A stretch of 64,000 nt of DNA from Alphaproteobacteria bacterium (GTDB taxonomy: Bacteria; Pseudomonadota; Alphaproteobacteria; G965222575): the NCBI GenBank assembly GCA_965222575.1, contig OZ244958.1, positions 1,151,847 through 1,215,846 of the forward strand, written 5' to 3'. The notes below the pieces were generated by a model. It was not told where the DNA came from, searched no databases, and worked only from the letters and a program-made list of their open reading frames with translations. Positions 1 through 12,932 of the stretch are shown one piece after another (position 1 is the stretch's first letter; every line of letters starts with the position of its first letter). Made by a program: the position numbers and the translations under genes.

Positions 1-377
1 CTATACACAACCTTCTCAATCTTGCCCGATACAGGAAGACGATTCAAATGAACATCAAAAATATTCATAAAAATACTAATCCTCCTATATTCCCCTTTTA
101 CTCCCGACTCCTCCGGTGCCACAGCACGTACTACCTCACAAACAACACCATCCGCAGGACTTAAAACAAACGCCTCATCTTCTAGAGAATCCCTCCGCGG
201 ATTCCGAAAAAACCAAAAACACCATATCATCAATAACAAGCCTATCAACCCTAACGGAACCCAAAGCCACCATAACACCACCGCACAAAGAAAAATTACC
301 CCACCAAAAAATAAACCATCCGGGTGAATGGGAAACGAATCAGAAACAGATAAAGAAAAAAAAGTGCGCAACCTCAT
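1..377 (-). CDS. psd: Phosphatidylserine decarboxylase proenzyme, 5' part (runs off the window start)
   Basis: Not in the ORF track. Manual minus-strand translation from ATG 377 gives ...PIHPDG...WFFRNPRR...VLSPADGVV...RISIFMNIFDVHLNRLPVSGKIEKVVY, which are typical Psd motifs. Confidence 0.9.
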   Translation of the reverse strand, partial: MRLRTFFSLSVSDSFPIHPDGLFFGGVIFLCAVVLWWLWVPLGLIGLLLMIWCFWFFRNPRRDSLEDEAFVLSPADGVVCEVVRAVAPEESGVKGEYRRISIFMNIFDVHLNRLPVSGKIEKVVY

Positions 378-492
378 CACCTCCAAAAAAAACCATTTTG
401 TCATCAGAAACTTAAAATGCTACTCTATCATAAAATCCTCAAAAGGGGAATCCTTGTTGAGACCAACAAACCCCTTAAAGAATTTTTCATAA

Positions 493-801
493 GCGGATGT
501 GGTGGAATTGGTATACACAACAGACTTAAAAACCTTGAGTGCCCTAGTGGAAACGCTAGGAGTAGAATTGCTCAAAGTCGGGGAAAGCTTCTCATTGCTA
601 ATCCCGAGCCAAGCCTTTCATAAAACAGCAAAGGAAGGTGTAGAGACTAGACGGGCAATACCTTACGACAAAAAAAATAGCCGTAATGGTAAAGGGATAG
701 TCCAGACCACAAACGGTTGCTACCGGCGGTGAAAACCGTAGTTGGTACGAAAATCTGTCGGTCATAAAACGACCTTGCGGGTTCAAGTCCCGCCATCCGC
801 A
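493..801 (+). tRNA. tRNA-Leu(UAA) split by an intron: exon 1 493-527, exon 2 750-801; CCA not encoded
   Basis: Acceptor stem GCGGATG/CATCCGC. Joining the exons restores the anticodon stem ACAGA/TCTGT and loop CTT|AAAA. Long variable arm and T-loop GGGTTCAAGTCCC present. Confidence 0.93.
528..749 (+). ncRNA. Group I self-splicing intron (IC3-like, 222 nt) in the tRNA-Leu anticodon
   Basis: Exon 1 ends in U and the intron ends in G. Core elements CTCAAAGTCGGGGAAA, AATCCCGAGCCAAG, GAAGGTGTAGAGACTAGACGG and ATAGTCCA resemble those of the Azoarcus-type tRNA introns. Confidence 0.9.
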
Positions 802-828
802 CCCTGTTTCTAATCGCCTAATACTCAC

Positions 829-1287
829 ATGACCCCTCCTAATTGGTTCGCTTGTATGGATATCGCTCTCGCAGAAGCACAAGAAGCCTTCTCTAGAGGA
901 GAAGTGCCCGTCGGTGCCGTAGTCACTAACCCAAAAGGACTCTTGCTCGCTAAAGCCTCTAACCGAACAATTCAATACGCTGACCCAACAGCACATGCAG
1001 AAATCCTCGCTATACGAAAAGTCTGTCAACTCCTCAATACCCCAAGATTGACAGGATACCGACTCTATGTCACAAAAGAACCTTGTCCTTTATGCGCTGC
1101 CGCTTTCCTAGAAGCCCGCATGACCCACCTGTACTATGGCGCTTGCGACGAAAAAGGAGGCGGAGTCGACCACAATATTCAACTCTTTACCTCCATGAAA
1201 AAAAATCATAAAATTAATGTCTATAGAGGGATTCGCGAGGACGAAAGTCTACAACTCCTCAAAGCCTTCTTTCAATCTAAACGCTAA
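829..1287 (+). CDS. tadA: tRNA adenosine deaminase
   Basis: GEVPVGAV, DPTAHAE and EPCPLC zinc-deaminase motifs. Confidence 0.9.
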   Translation: MTPPNWFACMDIALAEAQEAFSRGEVPVGAVVTNPKGLLLAKASNRTIQYADPTAHAEILAIRKVCQLLNTPRLTGYRLYVTKEPCPLCAAAFLEARMTHLYYGACDEKGGGVDHNIQLFTSMKKNHKINVYRGIREDESLQLLKAFFQSKR

Positions 1288-1301
1288 ACCACCTCACTCC
1301 T

Positions 1302-1490
1302 TTGTCTCTTCCTCTCGTACTCATCATCACCTCCCTTGCAGGGACACTGTTCGTCCTCATTACAGGCCTATTGTCCTTAGGGTTCACAAAACAGAAAGAT
1401 AGCGCACGCTTCGGAAACAAAATGATGCGCCTGCGTATCCTCTTGCAAGCCATTTGCATCGCCCTGTTGATTCTAGCCTTTGCCCTTTAG
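1302..1490 (+). CDS. HIG1-domain twin-transmembrane small protein
   Basis: Two hydrophobic helices flanking GNKMMRLRILLQ, typical of HIG1-family proteins. Confidence 0.75.
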   Translation: MSLPLVLIITSLAGTLFVLITGLLSLGFTKQKDSARFGNKMMRLRILLQAICIALLILAFAL

Positions 1491-1492
1491 CT

Positions 1493-2962
1493 TTACCTTC
1501 CACGCCAAGAAAGCGTATGCGCAAACAAAGCGAAAAGGGGATAAATCTCCAGCCGCCCTGCTATCATCCCTAAACACATGCTCCACTTGGCCACTTGTGT
1601 AAACTCCGAATAGCTCCCTGTTGGTCCTCCCATATACCCTAAACCAGGACCAAGATTCGCTATAGACGCCGAAGCCGCTGAGGCAGCACTCAAAAAATCC
1701 AACCCCGTTAACGATAAACAAAAAAACAACACAAGCCAGCTCAATAAAAAAATTAGAAAAAAACTGATAATACTATCTATTGTTTTCGCTTCTATTATCT
1801 TCTTGTCATAATGCACCTTGCGCACAGATGTAGGGGAAAGTAAAAACCAACCTTGAACAACCATGCTTTTTAGCAAAATGTGTAGGCGAAAAATCTTCAC
1901 CCCACACGTCGTAGACCCTGCACAGCCTCCACAAAACGTGAGGATAAAAAACAGAAGCAAAATAAGCGGCGGCCAAAGACTGTAATCCGTACTACTGTAG
2001 CCAGTCCCCGTTAAAACAGAAACTGTATTAAAAAACCCTAGACGTAAACAAGATAAAAAATTAATCCCCTCTATTCTGCTAAACAAAAAGCCCGAAACAC
2101 CCAAAGAACATACCACTACGAGCATCAAGAAAAATTTCACCTGCTCGCTTCTTAACACTTGAAAAAAAAATACCGGACGCGTAAAAGAGTAGATATAAAG
2201 CACAAAGGGTAGGGACGCTAGTACCATAAAGACCACAATCACACTTTCTATAAACCCACTGGAAAAATGCCCAATAGAGGCATTGTGATTGGAAAATCCC
2301 CCCGTAGCCACAGTGGTCATGGCATGCACAATCGCATCAAAACTGCTCATCCCGCCAAGCTTCAAAAATAGCACACATAAAAGTGTCAGTATCCCATACA
2401 CAACACAGATAGATTTTGAAATATCTCTTATGCGCGCATAAGGCTTATCAATCCCCTCAATACTCTGTAGACGAAAAAGTTGCATCCCCCCAAGACTTAA
2501 AGCAGGGAGCAACAATAAAGCCACAATAACAATACCAATACCTCCAATCCATTGCAAAATGCCGCGCCAGAGTAAAACGGCTTTATTCGTTTGGTCTAAA
2601 TCCTCAAAAATAGACGCTCCAGTTGTTGTTAACCCCGAGGTGGATTCAAAAAAATAATCAACCCAACTCAACTCCAACCCTGACAAGGCAAAGGGTAACG
2701 CTCCAAAAAAGGGTAGGGTGATGGAAATCCCAACAATAAGGAATACCCCATCATAAAGAGAAAACTGGTGTGCCTGAAATCTTCTAAAGGAACTCAAGAG
2801 CAAAATCCCACTGACAAAAAAGGTAACAAGCCCAGAAAAAAGAAAGCCTTGATGCGCAGAAGACAAAAATAACAGCGAAAACCCATAAGGAATCAGCATT
2901 AAGAAGGAAAAAACCATCAGTATCGTTCCTTGAATAAAAAAAATCCTCGAAAAATTGAGCAT
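1493..2962 (-). CDS. trkH: Trk potassium uptake membrane protein
   Basis: FESTSGLTTTG, QWIGGIG, TTVATGGFS and GGCAGSTTCGVK motifs. Start placed at the internal ATG at 2962. Confidence 0.92.
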   Translation of the reverse strand: MLNFSRIFFIQGTILMVFSFLMLIPYGFSLLFLSSAHQGFLFSGLVTFFVSGILLLSSFRRFQAHQFSLYDGVFLIVGISITLPFFGALPFALSGLELSWVDYFFESTSGLTTTGASIFEDLDQTNKAVLLWRGILQWIGGIGIVIVALLLLPALSLGGMQLFRLQSIEGIDKPYARIRDISKSICVVYGILTLLCVLFLKLGGMSSFDAIVHAMTTVATGGFSNHNASIGHFSSGFIESVIVVFMVLASLPFVLYIYSFTRPVFFFQVLRSEQVKFFLMLVVVCSLGVSGFLFSRIEGINFLSCLRLGFFNTVSVLTGTGYSSTDYSLWPPLILLLFFILTFCGGCAGSTTCGVKIFRLHILLKSMVVQGWFLLSPTSVRKVHYDKKIIEAKTIDSIISFFLIFLLSWLVLFFCLSLTGLDFLSAASAASASIANLGPGLGYMGGPTGSYSEFTQVAKWSMCLGMIAGRLEIYPLFALFAHTLSWRGR

Positions 2963-3081
2963 GACACCTTGAAAATTTCTTCCATTTCTGCTTGCAAAGA
3001 ACTGCACGCCCTTGTACCCTTAGCACATTGAGAAAAAATTCTCCACACTGAGCTTTTCATATCTCCACAACACCAATTCCT

Positions 3082-3447
3082 ATGTCATTTCTAGATACGC
3101 TGGATTTTTCTACTGCTGGCAACACAGACATCTTAGAAGAAGCACTCAAGAAGGTCCCCTCGCGATTCAAGCTCGTCCTCATCGCAGCACACAGAGCCAA
3201 ACAGCTTACCCAAGCTAGCTCTCCTCTGATTTCTGAAAAGGAAAAGCCTATTATCACAAGCCTCAAAGAAATCGCTCAGGGAAAAGTGAACACAGAGGAG
3301 CTTATCAACAGCATGAAAACCTTTTCAGCCTTCTCAAAGCAGCACAAAAAAAATGCCGCATTGGCTTACTCATCTCTTCAACAGTCCTTACCACCTGCTG
3401 ATGAGCAAAAAGATGACACAGAGGAAGCCCTGGAAATCCTCTCTTAA
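3082..3447 (+). CDS. rpoZ: RNA polymerase omega subunit
   Basis: SRFKLVLIAAHRAKQL...KPIITSLKEIA. Confidence 0.9.
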   Translation: MSFLDTLDFSTAGNTDILEEALKKVPSRFKLVLIAAHRAKQLTQASSPLISEKEKPIITSLKEIAQGKVNTEELINSMKTFSAFSKQHKKNAALAYSSLQQSLPPADEQKDDTEEALEILS

Positions 3448-3469
3448 TTCCCTTTTGATGGGCTAAGGT

Positions 3470-4066
3470 ATGATAACGTCCTTGAAACATCAAAACCATA
3501 CCCTAGACCTCTTTCGTAGCCATGGCGCCTTTTTAGAAGGACATTTTATCCTGTCCTCAGGATTACATTCTCCCCTCTATCTTCAAAGCGCAAAAGTACT
3601 GTCTCATCCCGATACAGCACAGGTCATAGGACAAAAACTAGCCTCCCTTGTAAAGAAAATGGCACCCATAGAAATGATTCTTTCTCCAGCCATAGGGGGA
3701 CTCATCATTGGACACGAAGTAGCAAGAGCGTTAAATATTCCCTTTGTCTTTACAGAAAAACAAGGAGACAACATGTGCCTCCGTCGAGGATTTTTCCTCC
3801 CACCTCAAACCCATATCGCCATCATAGAAGACATTATCACCACAGGACGTTCCGTCCTTTCATGCCAAAAACTCATAGAAAAATCAGGGGCAAAATGTGT
3901 CGGCATAGGAAGCATTATCCAAAGAACCGATCCCTCCAAAAATCCTCTGAAACTCTCTGTGCCTTTTGTGTCTCTCGCACAACTTGAAGCCACCACCTAT
4001 GAAGCCTCCTCCTTACCTCCTGCTCTCAAAGCCCTCCCTCCCTTAACACCGGGAAGTCGTCCATGA
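3470..4066 (+). CDS. pyrE: Orotate phosphoribosyltransferase
   Basis: GHFILSSGLHS, PRT motif IIEDIITTG, C-terminal PGSR. Confidence 0.92.
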   Translation: MITSLKHQNHTLDLFRSHGAFLEGHFILSSGLHSPLYLQSAKVLSHPDTAQVIGQKLASLVKKMAPIEMILSPAIGGLIIGHEVARALNIPFVFTEKQGDNMCLRRGFFLPPQTHIAIIEDIITTGRSVLSCQKLIEKSGAKCVGIGSIIQRTDPSKNPLKLSVPFVSLAQLEATTYEASSLPPALKALPPLTPGSRP

Positions 4067-4761
4067 GATGCAGATTAGGCGTTAATATTGACCATATAGC
4101 AACCCTACGAAATGCTAGAGGAGAAGGCTTGCCTTCTCCGCTCAGAGCTGCCAAAACCGCAATGGAAGCAGGTGCTGACCAGATTACCGCTCATCTGAGA
4201 GAAGACAGACGACACATCAAAGAGTACGATTTGCATCTCCTCTTAGAACATGCACTCCCCCTAAATCTTGAAATGGCTGCCACAGAGGAAATGGTAGAAC
4301 TCGCCTGTCAATTGAAGCCTCAAAGCGTTTGCTTTGTGCCTGAAAAAAGAGAAGAACTGACAACAGAAGGCGGACTCTCCTTAGAGGCTCTAGCACACCT
4401 GTCTGAAAAAATCGAAACGCTTAAAAAACACACCATAAAAATCAGTTTGTTCCTAGACCCTATAGAAGCGCACCTTAAGGAAGCGAAAGCTCTAAAGGTG
4501 GACGCTGTAGAACTTCACACAGGCCTGTTGAAAGAAAAAGGAGAAAAAACCTTGACGCTCTACAAAAAAGCGGCTTATACAATATCAACACTCGCCATGG
4601 AAGTCCATGCTGGACACGGACTGGATTTTCAGACCTTGCCCCTCCTGAAAACCCTGCCTATTCAAGAAGTCAATATCGGGCATTTCATTGTAGGGGAAGC
4701 CCTCTTTCTTAGCCTGCACACTGTGGTACAAAAATTCCGGACCCTCTTAGATGATTTTTAA
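4063..4761 (+). CDS. pdxJ: Pyridoxine 5'-phosphate synthase
   Basis: LGVNIDHIATLRNAR, HLREDRRHI, HAGHGL, NIGH. Confidence 0.95.
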   Translation: MRCRLGVNIDHIATLRNARGEGLPSPLRAAKTAMEAGADQITAHLREDRRHIKEYDLHLLLEHALPLNLEMAATEEMVELACQLKPQSVCFVPEKREELTTEGGLSLEALAHLSEKIETLKKHTIKISLFLDPIEAHLKEAKALKVDAVELHTGLLKEKGEKTLTLYKKAAYTISTLAMEVHAGHGLDFQTLPLLKTLPIQEVNIGHFIVGEALFLSLHTVVQKFRTLLDDF

Positions 4762-5155
4762 CATTGGAACAGATATTGTAGATTGCAACCGTATCAAGCG
4801 CTTAATAAAACGCTATCCTAAGGTCATTAGTCGTTTGTTTACAGACCAAGAAATCCATTATGTCAAACAACAAAAACGCTATCAATCCCTTGCCTTCGCC
4901 GCACGATTCGCTGCTAAAGAAGCCCTCCTGAAAGCCCTAGGAACAGGTATGGCAAGACGTATCACTTGGAAACAAATAGAAATTTTATCACACCCCAACA
5001 GAAAACCCTATATCAAGCTCTCCCATGCAGCACTTGATGTCCTTTCTTCTTTAATACCTCCCAACACTAAGGCCTATCTTTATCTGAGTATGACCGATGA
5101 ATTCCCTTTGGCTAGCGCAACTGTTATCATTGAATCTTTGACCAAAACACAATGA
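4751..5155 (+). CDS. acpS: Holo-ACP synthase
   Basis: IGTDIV, RFAAKEALLKALGTG. Confidence 0.93.
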   Translation: MIFNIGTDIVDCNRIKRLIKRYPKVISRLFTDQEIHYVKQQKRYQSLAFAARFAAKEALLKALGTGMARRITWKQIEILSHPNRKPYIKLSHAALDVLSSLIPPNTKAYLYLSMTDEFPLASATVIIESLTKTQ

Positions 5156-5946
5156 AAAAAAGACTACCTTTCCTCTTCAAAAAGACCATGGCCTCTTCCA
5201 AAAAAATCTGGCACGAGACAAAGTCTTTACTTCTATTAATACTCATTTTAATTGCTATTAGAACCTTTATTATCGAACCCTACTATATCCCCTCCCAATC
5301 CATGATTCCGACACTCATGGCAGGAGACCATATTTTTGTCTCAAAATCTTCCTATGGCATTTCACGCCACTCTTTTCCTTTTTCCCTTTTCCCCTTCAAA
5401 GGAAGAGCTTTTTTCTCCCCTCCCAAAAGAGGGGATATCGTCGTATTCAAATCTCCAATTGATAAAAAAACAAACTACATTAAACGCCTGATAGGTCTAC
5501 CGGGCGATACAATTTTTCTCGAAGAGGGATATCTTTACATTAATGGCCAACTCATGGACCAAATCCTTCAAGGGCAGGACTATCGCTATCAAGATAGAGG
5601 GCGTCACAAACGATATGCAACGCTTTATCAAGAAACACTAGACAATGGCGTATTTTATACCGTCACAGATGAAGTAGTCTCTTCTGTAGATAATTGCGGT
5701 CCCTTTATTGTTCCTAAAAATCAGTACTTTGTCATGGGGGACAATCGTGATAATTCCAGTGATAGTCGTATTGCGCCCGCTCACGGGGGCATAGGCTTTG
5801 TCCATAAGAATTTTCTCATAGGGAAGGCTGTTTTCTTGGCGTTTTCTCTTGAAAATTCAGCCTTTTGGCAAATTTGGCGCTGGCCGACACACTTTCGCCC
5901 CTCTAGATTCCTAAAACCTATCAAAAACAAGAGACATGACTCTTAA
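5152..5946 (+). CDS. lepB: Signal peptidase I
   Basis: IPSQSMIPTL, YIKRLIGLPGD, MGDNRDNSSDSR. Confidence 0.95.
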   Translation: MKKRLPFLFKKTMASSKKIWHETKSLLLLILILIAIRTFIIEPYYIPSQSMIPTLMAGDHIFVSKSSYGISRHSFPFSLFPFKGRAFFSPPKRGDIVVFKSPIDKKTNYIKRLIGLPGDTIFLEEGYLYINGQLMDQILQGQDYRYQDRGRHKRYATLYQETLDNGVFYTVTDEVVSSVDNCGPFIVPKNQYFVMGDNRDNSSDSRIAPAHGGIGFVHKNFLIGKAVFLAFSLENSAFWQIWRWPTHFRPSRFLKPIKNKRHDS

Positions 5947-6628
5947 GAAGACCTCTGCAGACCATGACTTACACTCTTTGGAAAAAATCCTCAACATCAA
6001 GCCCTTATCCCCTGAAGGAAAAACCCTCCTAAAAGAAGCAATAACACCCCCAGGGGGTAAAAAAACTCCTCTACAGAAAGACTATGAACGACTGGAATTC
6101 TTAGGAGACAGAGTGCTAGGCATTTGCATGGCTAGGATACTCTTCGACAGATACCCCAAAGAAACAGCAGGCAATCTCTCCTTGCGCTACAACGCTCTAG
6201 TCAGTACAGAAATGTTAGCAAAAATCTCAAAAACCATGGGACTTCTCAACTATACAACATTACAAACTCCGCAGATAAGTCAAAAAATTACAGCTGATAT
6301 CTTAGAAGCTCTTATAGGAGCTGTCTATATCGCCCAAGGCCTCAAAGAAGCTATGTCCTTAATCACAAAATTTTGGAGCCCCTTCCTAACGGAAAATAGC
6401 CAGATTTTCAGAGATATCAAAACCACTCTCCAAGAATTGCTACAAACCCATGGATACCCTCCTCCTCTGTACAAAGTCATCAAAACAGAAGGGCAACAGC
6501 ATGCCCCTATCTTCACAGTGTCCGTGCAAGCCATGAACCAAGTCACCAAAGGACAAGGAAAAACAAAACAAAAAGCCGAACAACAGGCCGCACGCAAAAT
6601 TCTGCAGATTCTGAAAAAACTCCCATGA
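5936..6628 (+). CDS. rnc: Ribonuclease III
   Basis: YERLEFLGD signature and C-terminal dsRNA-binding domain. Confidence 0.93.
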   Translation: MTLKKTSADHDLHSLEKILNIKPLSPEGKTLLKEAITPPGGKKTPLQKDYERLEFLGDRVLGICMARILFDRYPKETAGNLSLRYNALVSTEMLAKISKTMGLLNYTTLQTPQISQKITADILEALIGAVYIAQGLKEAMSLITKFWSPFLTENSQIFRDIKTTLQELLQTHGYPPPLYKVIKTEGQQHAPIFTVSVQAMNQVTKGQGKTKQKAEQQAARKILQILKKLP

Positions 6629-7530
6629 AACCAGAAGAATACCAAGTCTCTTTCTGCGGCCTGCCTAACAGTGGAAAATCCACCTTATTCAATGCCTTAC
6701 TAGGAAAAAAATCCAGCATTGTAACCCATAAACGCCAAACCACAATCTTTTGTCTAAAAGGGATACTCAAAACCCCCAAAAGCCAACTCTACCTAGTAGA
6801 CACCCCCGGACTCTTCTCTCCTAAACACCTCAAAGCACACCACGGACAGCAAGCCCTTCATAAAGCAATGCTACGAAATGCTTGGTATATCCTAGAAACC
6901 TCCGCTACCACTTGCTTAGTGGTCGATGCGACACTACAAAACTTCCAACCTCTCAAAACCCTACTTGCAACCTCCCCTGTAAGACTCAATAACCACATGG
7001 TGCTGATTCTCAACAAAATCGATAAAATTCCCCCTTCATCCCTCCTCGCCATATCCTCAGAACTATGGCAATGGGGGGAATTTAAAAAAGTCTTCATGAT
7101 AAGCGCTAAAAAAGGCAGTGGAGTAGGGGACCTAAAAAAATTTCTCCTCACTCAACCTTCATCTCCCACCCATCCCACTCATACACCCCCTTCCTTGCCC
7201 CTCCTAGCCGAAGAGTGTACAAGAGAACAAATCCTCCTACACTGTCATCAGGAAATCCCTTACCTCCTCAGTATTGATACTGATACCTTCTCAATCCTAA
7301 AAAATGACTCTTTCCTCATCAAACAAGTCATCTATCTCTGCCACGAAAAACACAAACCTATACTCTTAGGCAAAGGAGGAAAAATGCTCAAAACTATAGG
7401 ACAAAAAGCGCGCAGGGCCATCCATAAAACCCTCGGAAAACCTTGCCACCTCTTCCTCTCCATCAAAGTCTCCAAACACTGGGCAGAAACAGTACTGAAA
7501 AAAATGCACCCTTCAACAATTCATAATTGA
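6625..7530 (+). CDS. era: GTPase Era
   Basis: GLPNSGKSTL, DTPG, NKID and KH-domain EIPY...GKGGKMLK; follows rnc. Confidence 0.93.
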   Translation: MKPEEYQVSFCGLPNSGKSTLFNALLGKKSSIVTHKRQTTIFCLKGILKTPKSQLYLVDTPGLFSPKHLKAHHGQQALHKAMLRNAWYILETSATTCLVVDATLQNFQPLKTLLATSPVRLNNHMVLILNKIDKIPPSSLLAISSELWQWGEFKKVFMISAKKGSGVGDLKKFLLTQPSSPTHPTHTPPSLPLLAEECTREQILLHCHQEIPYLLSIDTDTFSILKNDSFLIKQVIYLCHEKHKPILLGKGGKMLKTIGQKARRAIHKTLGKPCHLFLSIKVSKHWAETVLKKMHPSTIHN

Positions 7531-7579
7531 GAACTCTTCCTTTTTATGATATGAATAACTATCAAAACACGCAACTTCA

Positions 7580-8143
7580 ATGAAAAACCCCACCTACAAA
7601 GGCTATAGTTCCTCTTTCTGTAAAAAAATAGCCTATCCCTACGCCATGGCTTTGTACCAACTCGCATGTTCTCAACACACCTTGAAAGAAACAACACAAG
7701 CACTCAAAACCCTCTACTCCGCTTTACACCACAAAGACATTGCTCTTCAAGTACAATATCTCCTTTCTCCCGCTAGTACCAAGAACCATAAAGAACGCTT
7801 CTGTCAAACCCTCACCCACATACACCCCCTCATCACTAAGACACTACTTCTGCTCTTGCAAACCAATCGCTTGTTTTGTCTCATAGGCCTCATTGAAGCT
7901 TTTCAAAATATTGTCTTCCAAAAAGAAGGAGGGATGCAAGTCACCGTCAACAGCGCTTATCCTCTTTCAGAACCCAACAAACAAAAAATCACAACCTTTG
8001 TCAAAAACCACTGTAACGCTAAACAAGTCACCATCAAAGAGCACCTCACCCCTTCCCTTTTATCAGGTTGCATCCTCTACTTTTCTACCTATAGGCTAGA
8101 CCTCTCTTTGAAGGGTAAACTCAGAAAACTACAACAAGCCTAA
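7580..8143 (+). CDS. atpH: ATP synthase F1 delta subunit (diverged)
   Basis: AYPYAMALY at the N-terminus, SLLSG...DLSLKGKL at the C-terminus; precedes atpA. Confidence 0.85.
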   Translation: MKNPTYKGYSSSFCKKIAYPYAMALYQLACSQHTLKETTQALKTLYSALHHKDIALQVQYLLSPASTKNHKERFCQTLTHIHPLITKTLLLLLQTNRLFCLIGLIEAFQNIVFQKEGGMQVTVNSAYPLSEPNKQKITTFVKNHCNAKQVTIKEHLTPSLLSGCILYFSTYRLDLSLKGKLRKLQQA

Positions 8144-8196
8144 TTCTATTAATCTTTATTAGAAAGTCCGTCTAACTGACTGAATAAAATGAAATA

Positions 8197-9733
8197 ATGT
8201 CTATTAATCCTTCAGAAATTGTCAATATCATCAAGCAACGTCTAGACAACCTTCCGTCAGGGGAGGAACTAGAGGAAGTTGGGACAGTTTTGTCCATTAG
8301 CGATGGCATTGTGAAGGCCTTTGGGTTGGGGCAAGTGAGGGCGGGAGAAATGGTAGAGTTTTCCAGTGGGACTAAGGGAATGGCGTTGAATCTGGAAGAG
8401 GACAGTGTTGGCATTGTGGTGTTCGGGGAGGATAAAACCATTGGGGAAGGCGATACAGTGAAAAGGCTGAAGAAAATATCAGAAATTCCTGTAGGCAAAG
8501 GGGTATTAGGTCGTGTTATAGACCCTTTAGGGCTTCCTTTAGATGGAAAAGGAGAGATAAAATCAGAAGAAAGCCGTCGTTTAGAGCTTAAAGCCCCCGG
8601 CATTATCCACAGGCAGTCTGTCAAGGAGCCTGTACAAACGGGGATTAAGTCTATTGATGCGTTGATTCCTATTGGTCGTGGACAACGAGAGCTGATTATC
8701 GGAGACAGACAGACGGGAAAGACTGCTGTAGCCATTGATACAATTCTCAATCAAAAGGCTCTTAACAAAGAGGCAAGCAAGGAGTCAGATAAGTTATATT
8801 GTATTTATGTTGCTATTGGACAAAAGCGTTCGACGGTGGCTCAACTTCTCAAAACTTTAGAAGACAATGATGCATTGGACTACACAACAGTTGTTATGGC
8901 TTCCGCTTCAGACCCTGCCCCGTTACAATTTCTAGCGCCGTATTCAGGCTGCGCCATTGGGGAGTACTTTCGGGACAATGGCATGCATGCTTTGATTGTT
9001 TATGACGATTTATCCAAGCAAGCGATTGCTTATCGTCAAATGTCCTTGTTACTGCGTCGTCCGCCGGGACGTGAAGCGTATCCGGGAGATGTTTTTTATC
9101 TCCATAGTCGATTACTGGAGCGTGCTGCTAAAATGAGTGATGAAAAAGGAGGAGGCTCTTTGACAGCCTTGCCAATCATTGAAACCCAAGCCGGAGATGT
9201 TGCAGCTTACATTCCCACCAATGTGATTTCCATTACAGATGGTCAGATTTTCTTGGAAACCGATCTGTTTTACCAAGGGATAAGACCAGCTATTAATGTG
9301 GGATTATCAGTTAGTCGTGTAGGATCGGCCGCACAGAAAAAAGCCATGAAAAAAGTCGCAGGGAGTATTAAACTCGACCTTGCCCAATACAGAGAAATCG
9401 CCGCCTTTTCTCAATTCGGCTCCGATCTCGATGAAGCGACCCAAAAACTCCTAGCAAGAGGAGAACGCATGACAGAACTTCTCAAGCAACAACAATATTC
9501 TCCCTTGTCTTTGGAAGAACAAGTCATTGTGATTTTTTCCGCTATCAAGGGCTATACTGACGCTATCCCCGTGGAAAAACTCAAATCCTTTGAAGCTCAA
9601 TTACTCTCTTACATGCACCAAAAACACAAAAGTATCATGACCTCCATCAAAAATTCCGGAGACTTAGAACAGGACACAGAAAAAGCTTTACAGAAAGCAC
9701 TAAAATCTTTTTGCGAAACGTGGCAATCTCAAT

Positions 9734-9759
<26 letters not shown>
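8197..9759 (+). CDS. atpA: ATP synthase F1 alpha subunit
   Basis: [29 protein letters not shown]. Confidence 0.98.
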
Positions 9760-12465
<2,706 letters not shown>

Positions 12466-12469
<4 letters not shown>

Positions 12470-12762
12470 ACTTCTTGTTGGAAAAAAGCACAAAAGGCAT
12501 CATTACATTCTTGATTATCACAAGCATTAGTTTAACAACCTTATTACTATTACCCTTTTTGCTTGTGATAACTCCCTTTTGCTTTGCCCTAGCCCTGTAC
12601 TACCTCCTGTTACCAAAACACCGCACTTGGATGAAAAAGCCCTCCCTACAGGACATAAAAAATGCTAAGACAGAATCCCCAATGCTCTATGTAACTGTTA
12701 TTTTCATTGTCACCATACTCTTTTTCATCCAAGGTTTAGTCCTATACCATTTCGTCAGATAA
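12466..12762 (+). CDS. Hypothetical small membrane protein
   Basis: Overlaps the atpC stop codon; two to three hydrophobic segments. Confidence 0.55.
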
Positions 12763-12806
12763 AAGACTCGGAAGAGGAGGGGAGGGTAATGAAAAGGAAG
12801 TCCGCC

Positions 12807-12932
12807 ATTCCACAGCACTAGCCCGATGTATACAAGGTGTGCTAGCAAGAAGTACTAGCTTAAGTGTAGAAGGCGCACTACTACTATTCCACAGCACTCT
12901 AGCCCAATGTATACAAGGTGTGAGGTGCTAGC
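12807..12932. repeat. Two imperfect ~40-bp direct repeats separated by a ~39-bp unique segment
   Basis: ATTCCACAGCAC-TAGCCC(G/A)ATGTATACAAGGTGTG..CTAGC occurs at 12807 and 12886. Confidence 0.75.

Noticed and set aside
116-415. 99-aa + strand ORF
   Set aside because: Antisense shadow of psd, which has clear motifs on the minus strand.
417-1029. ORFs 417-623, 499-732 and 598-1029 as an intron-encoded homing endonuclease
   Set aside because: They overlap the tRNA exons, ribozyme core or tadA, show no LAGLIDADG, HNH or GIY-YIG motif, and the intron is too short.
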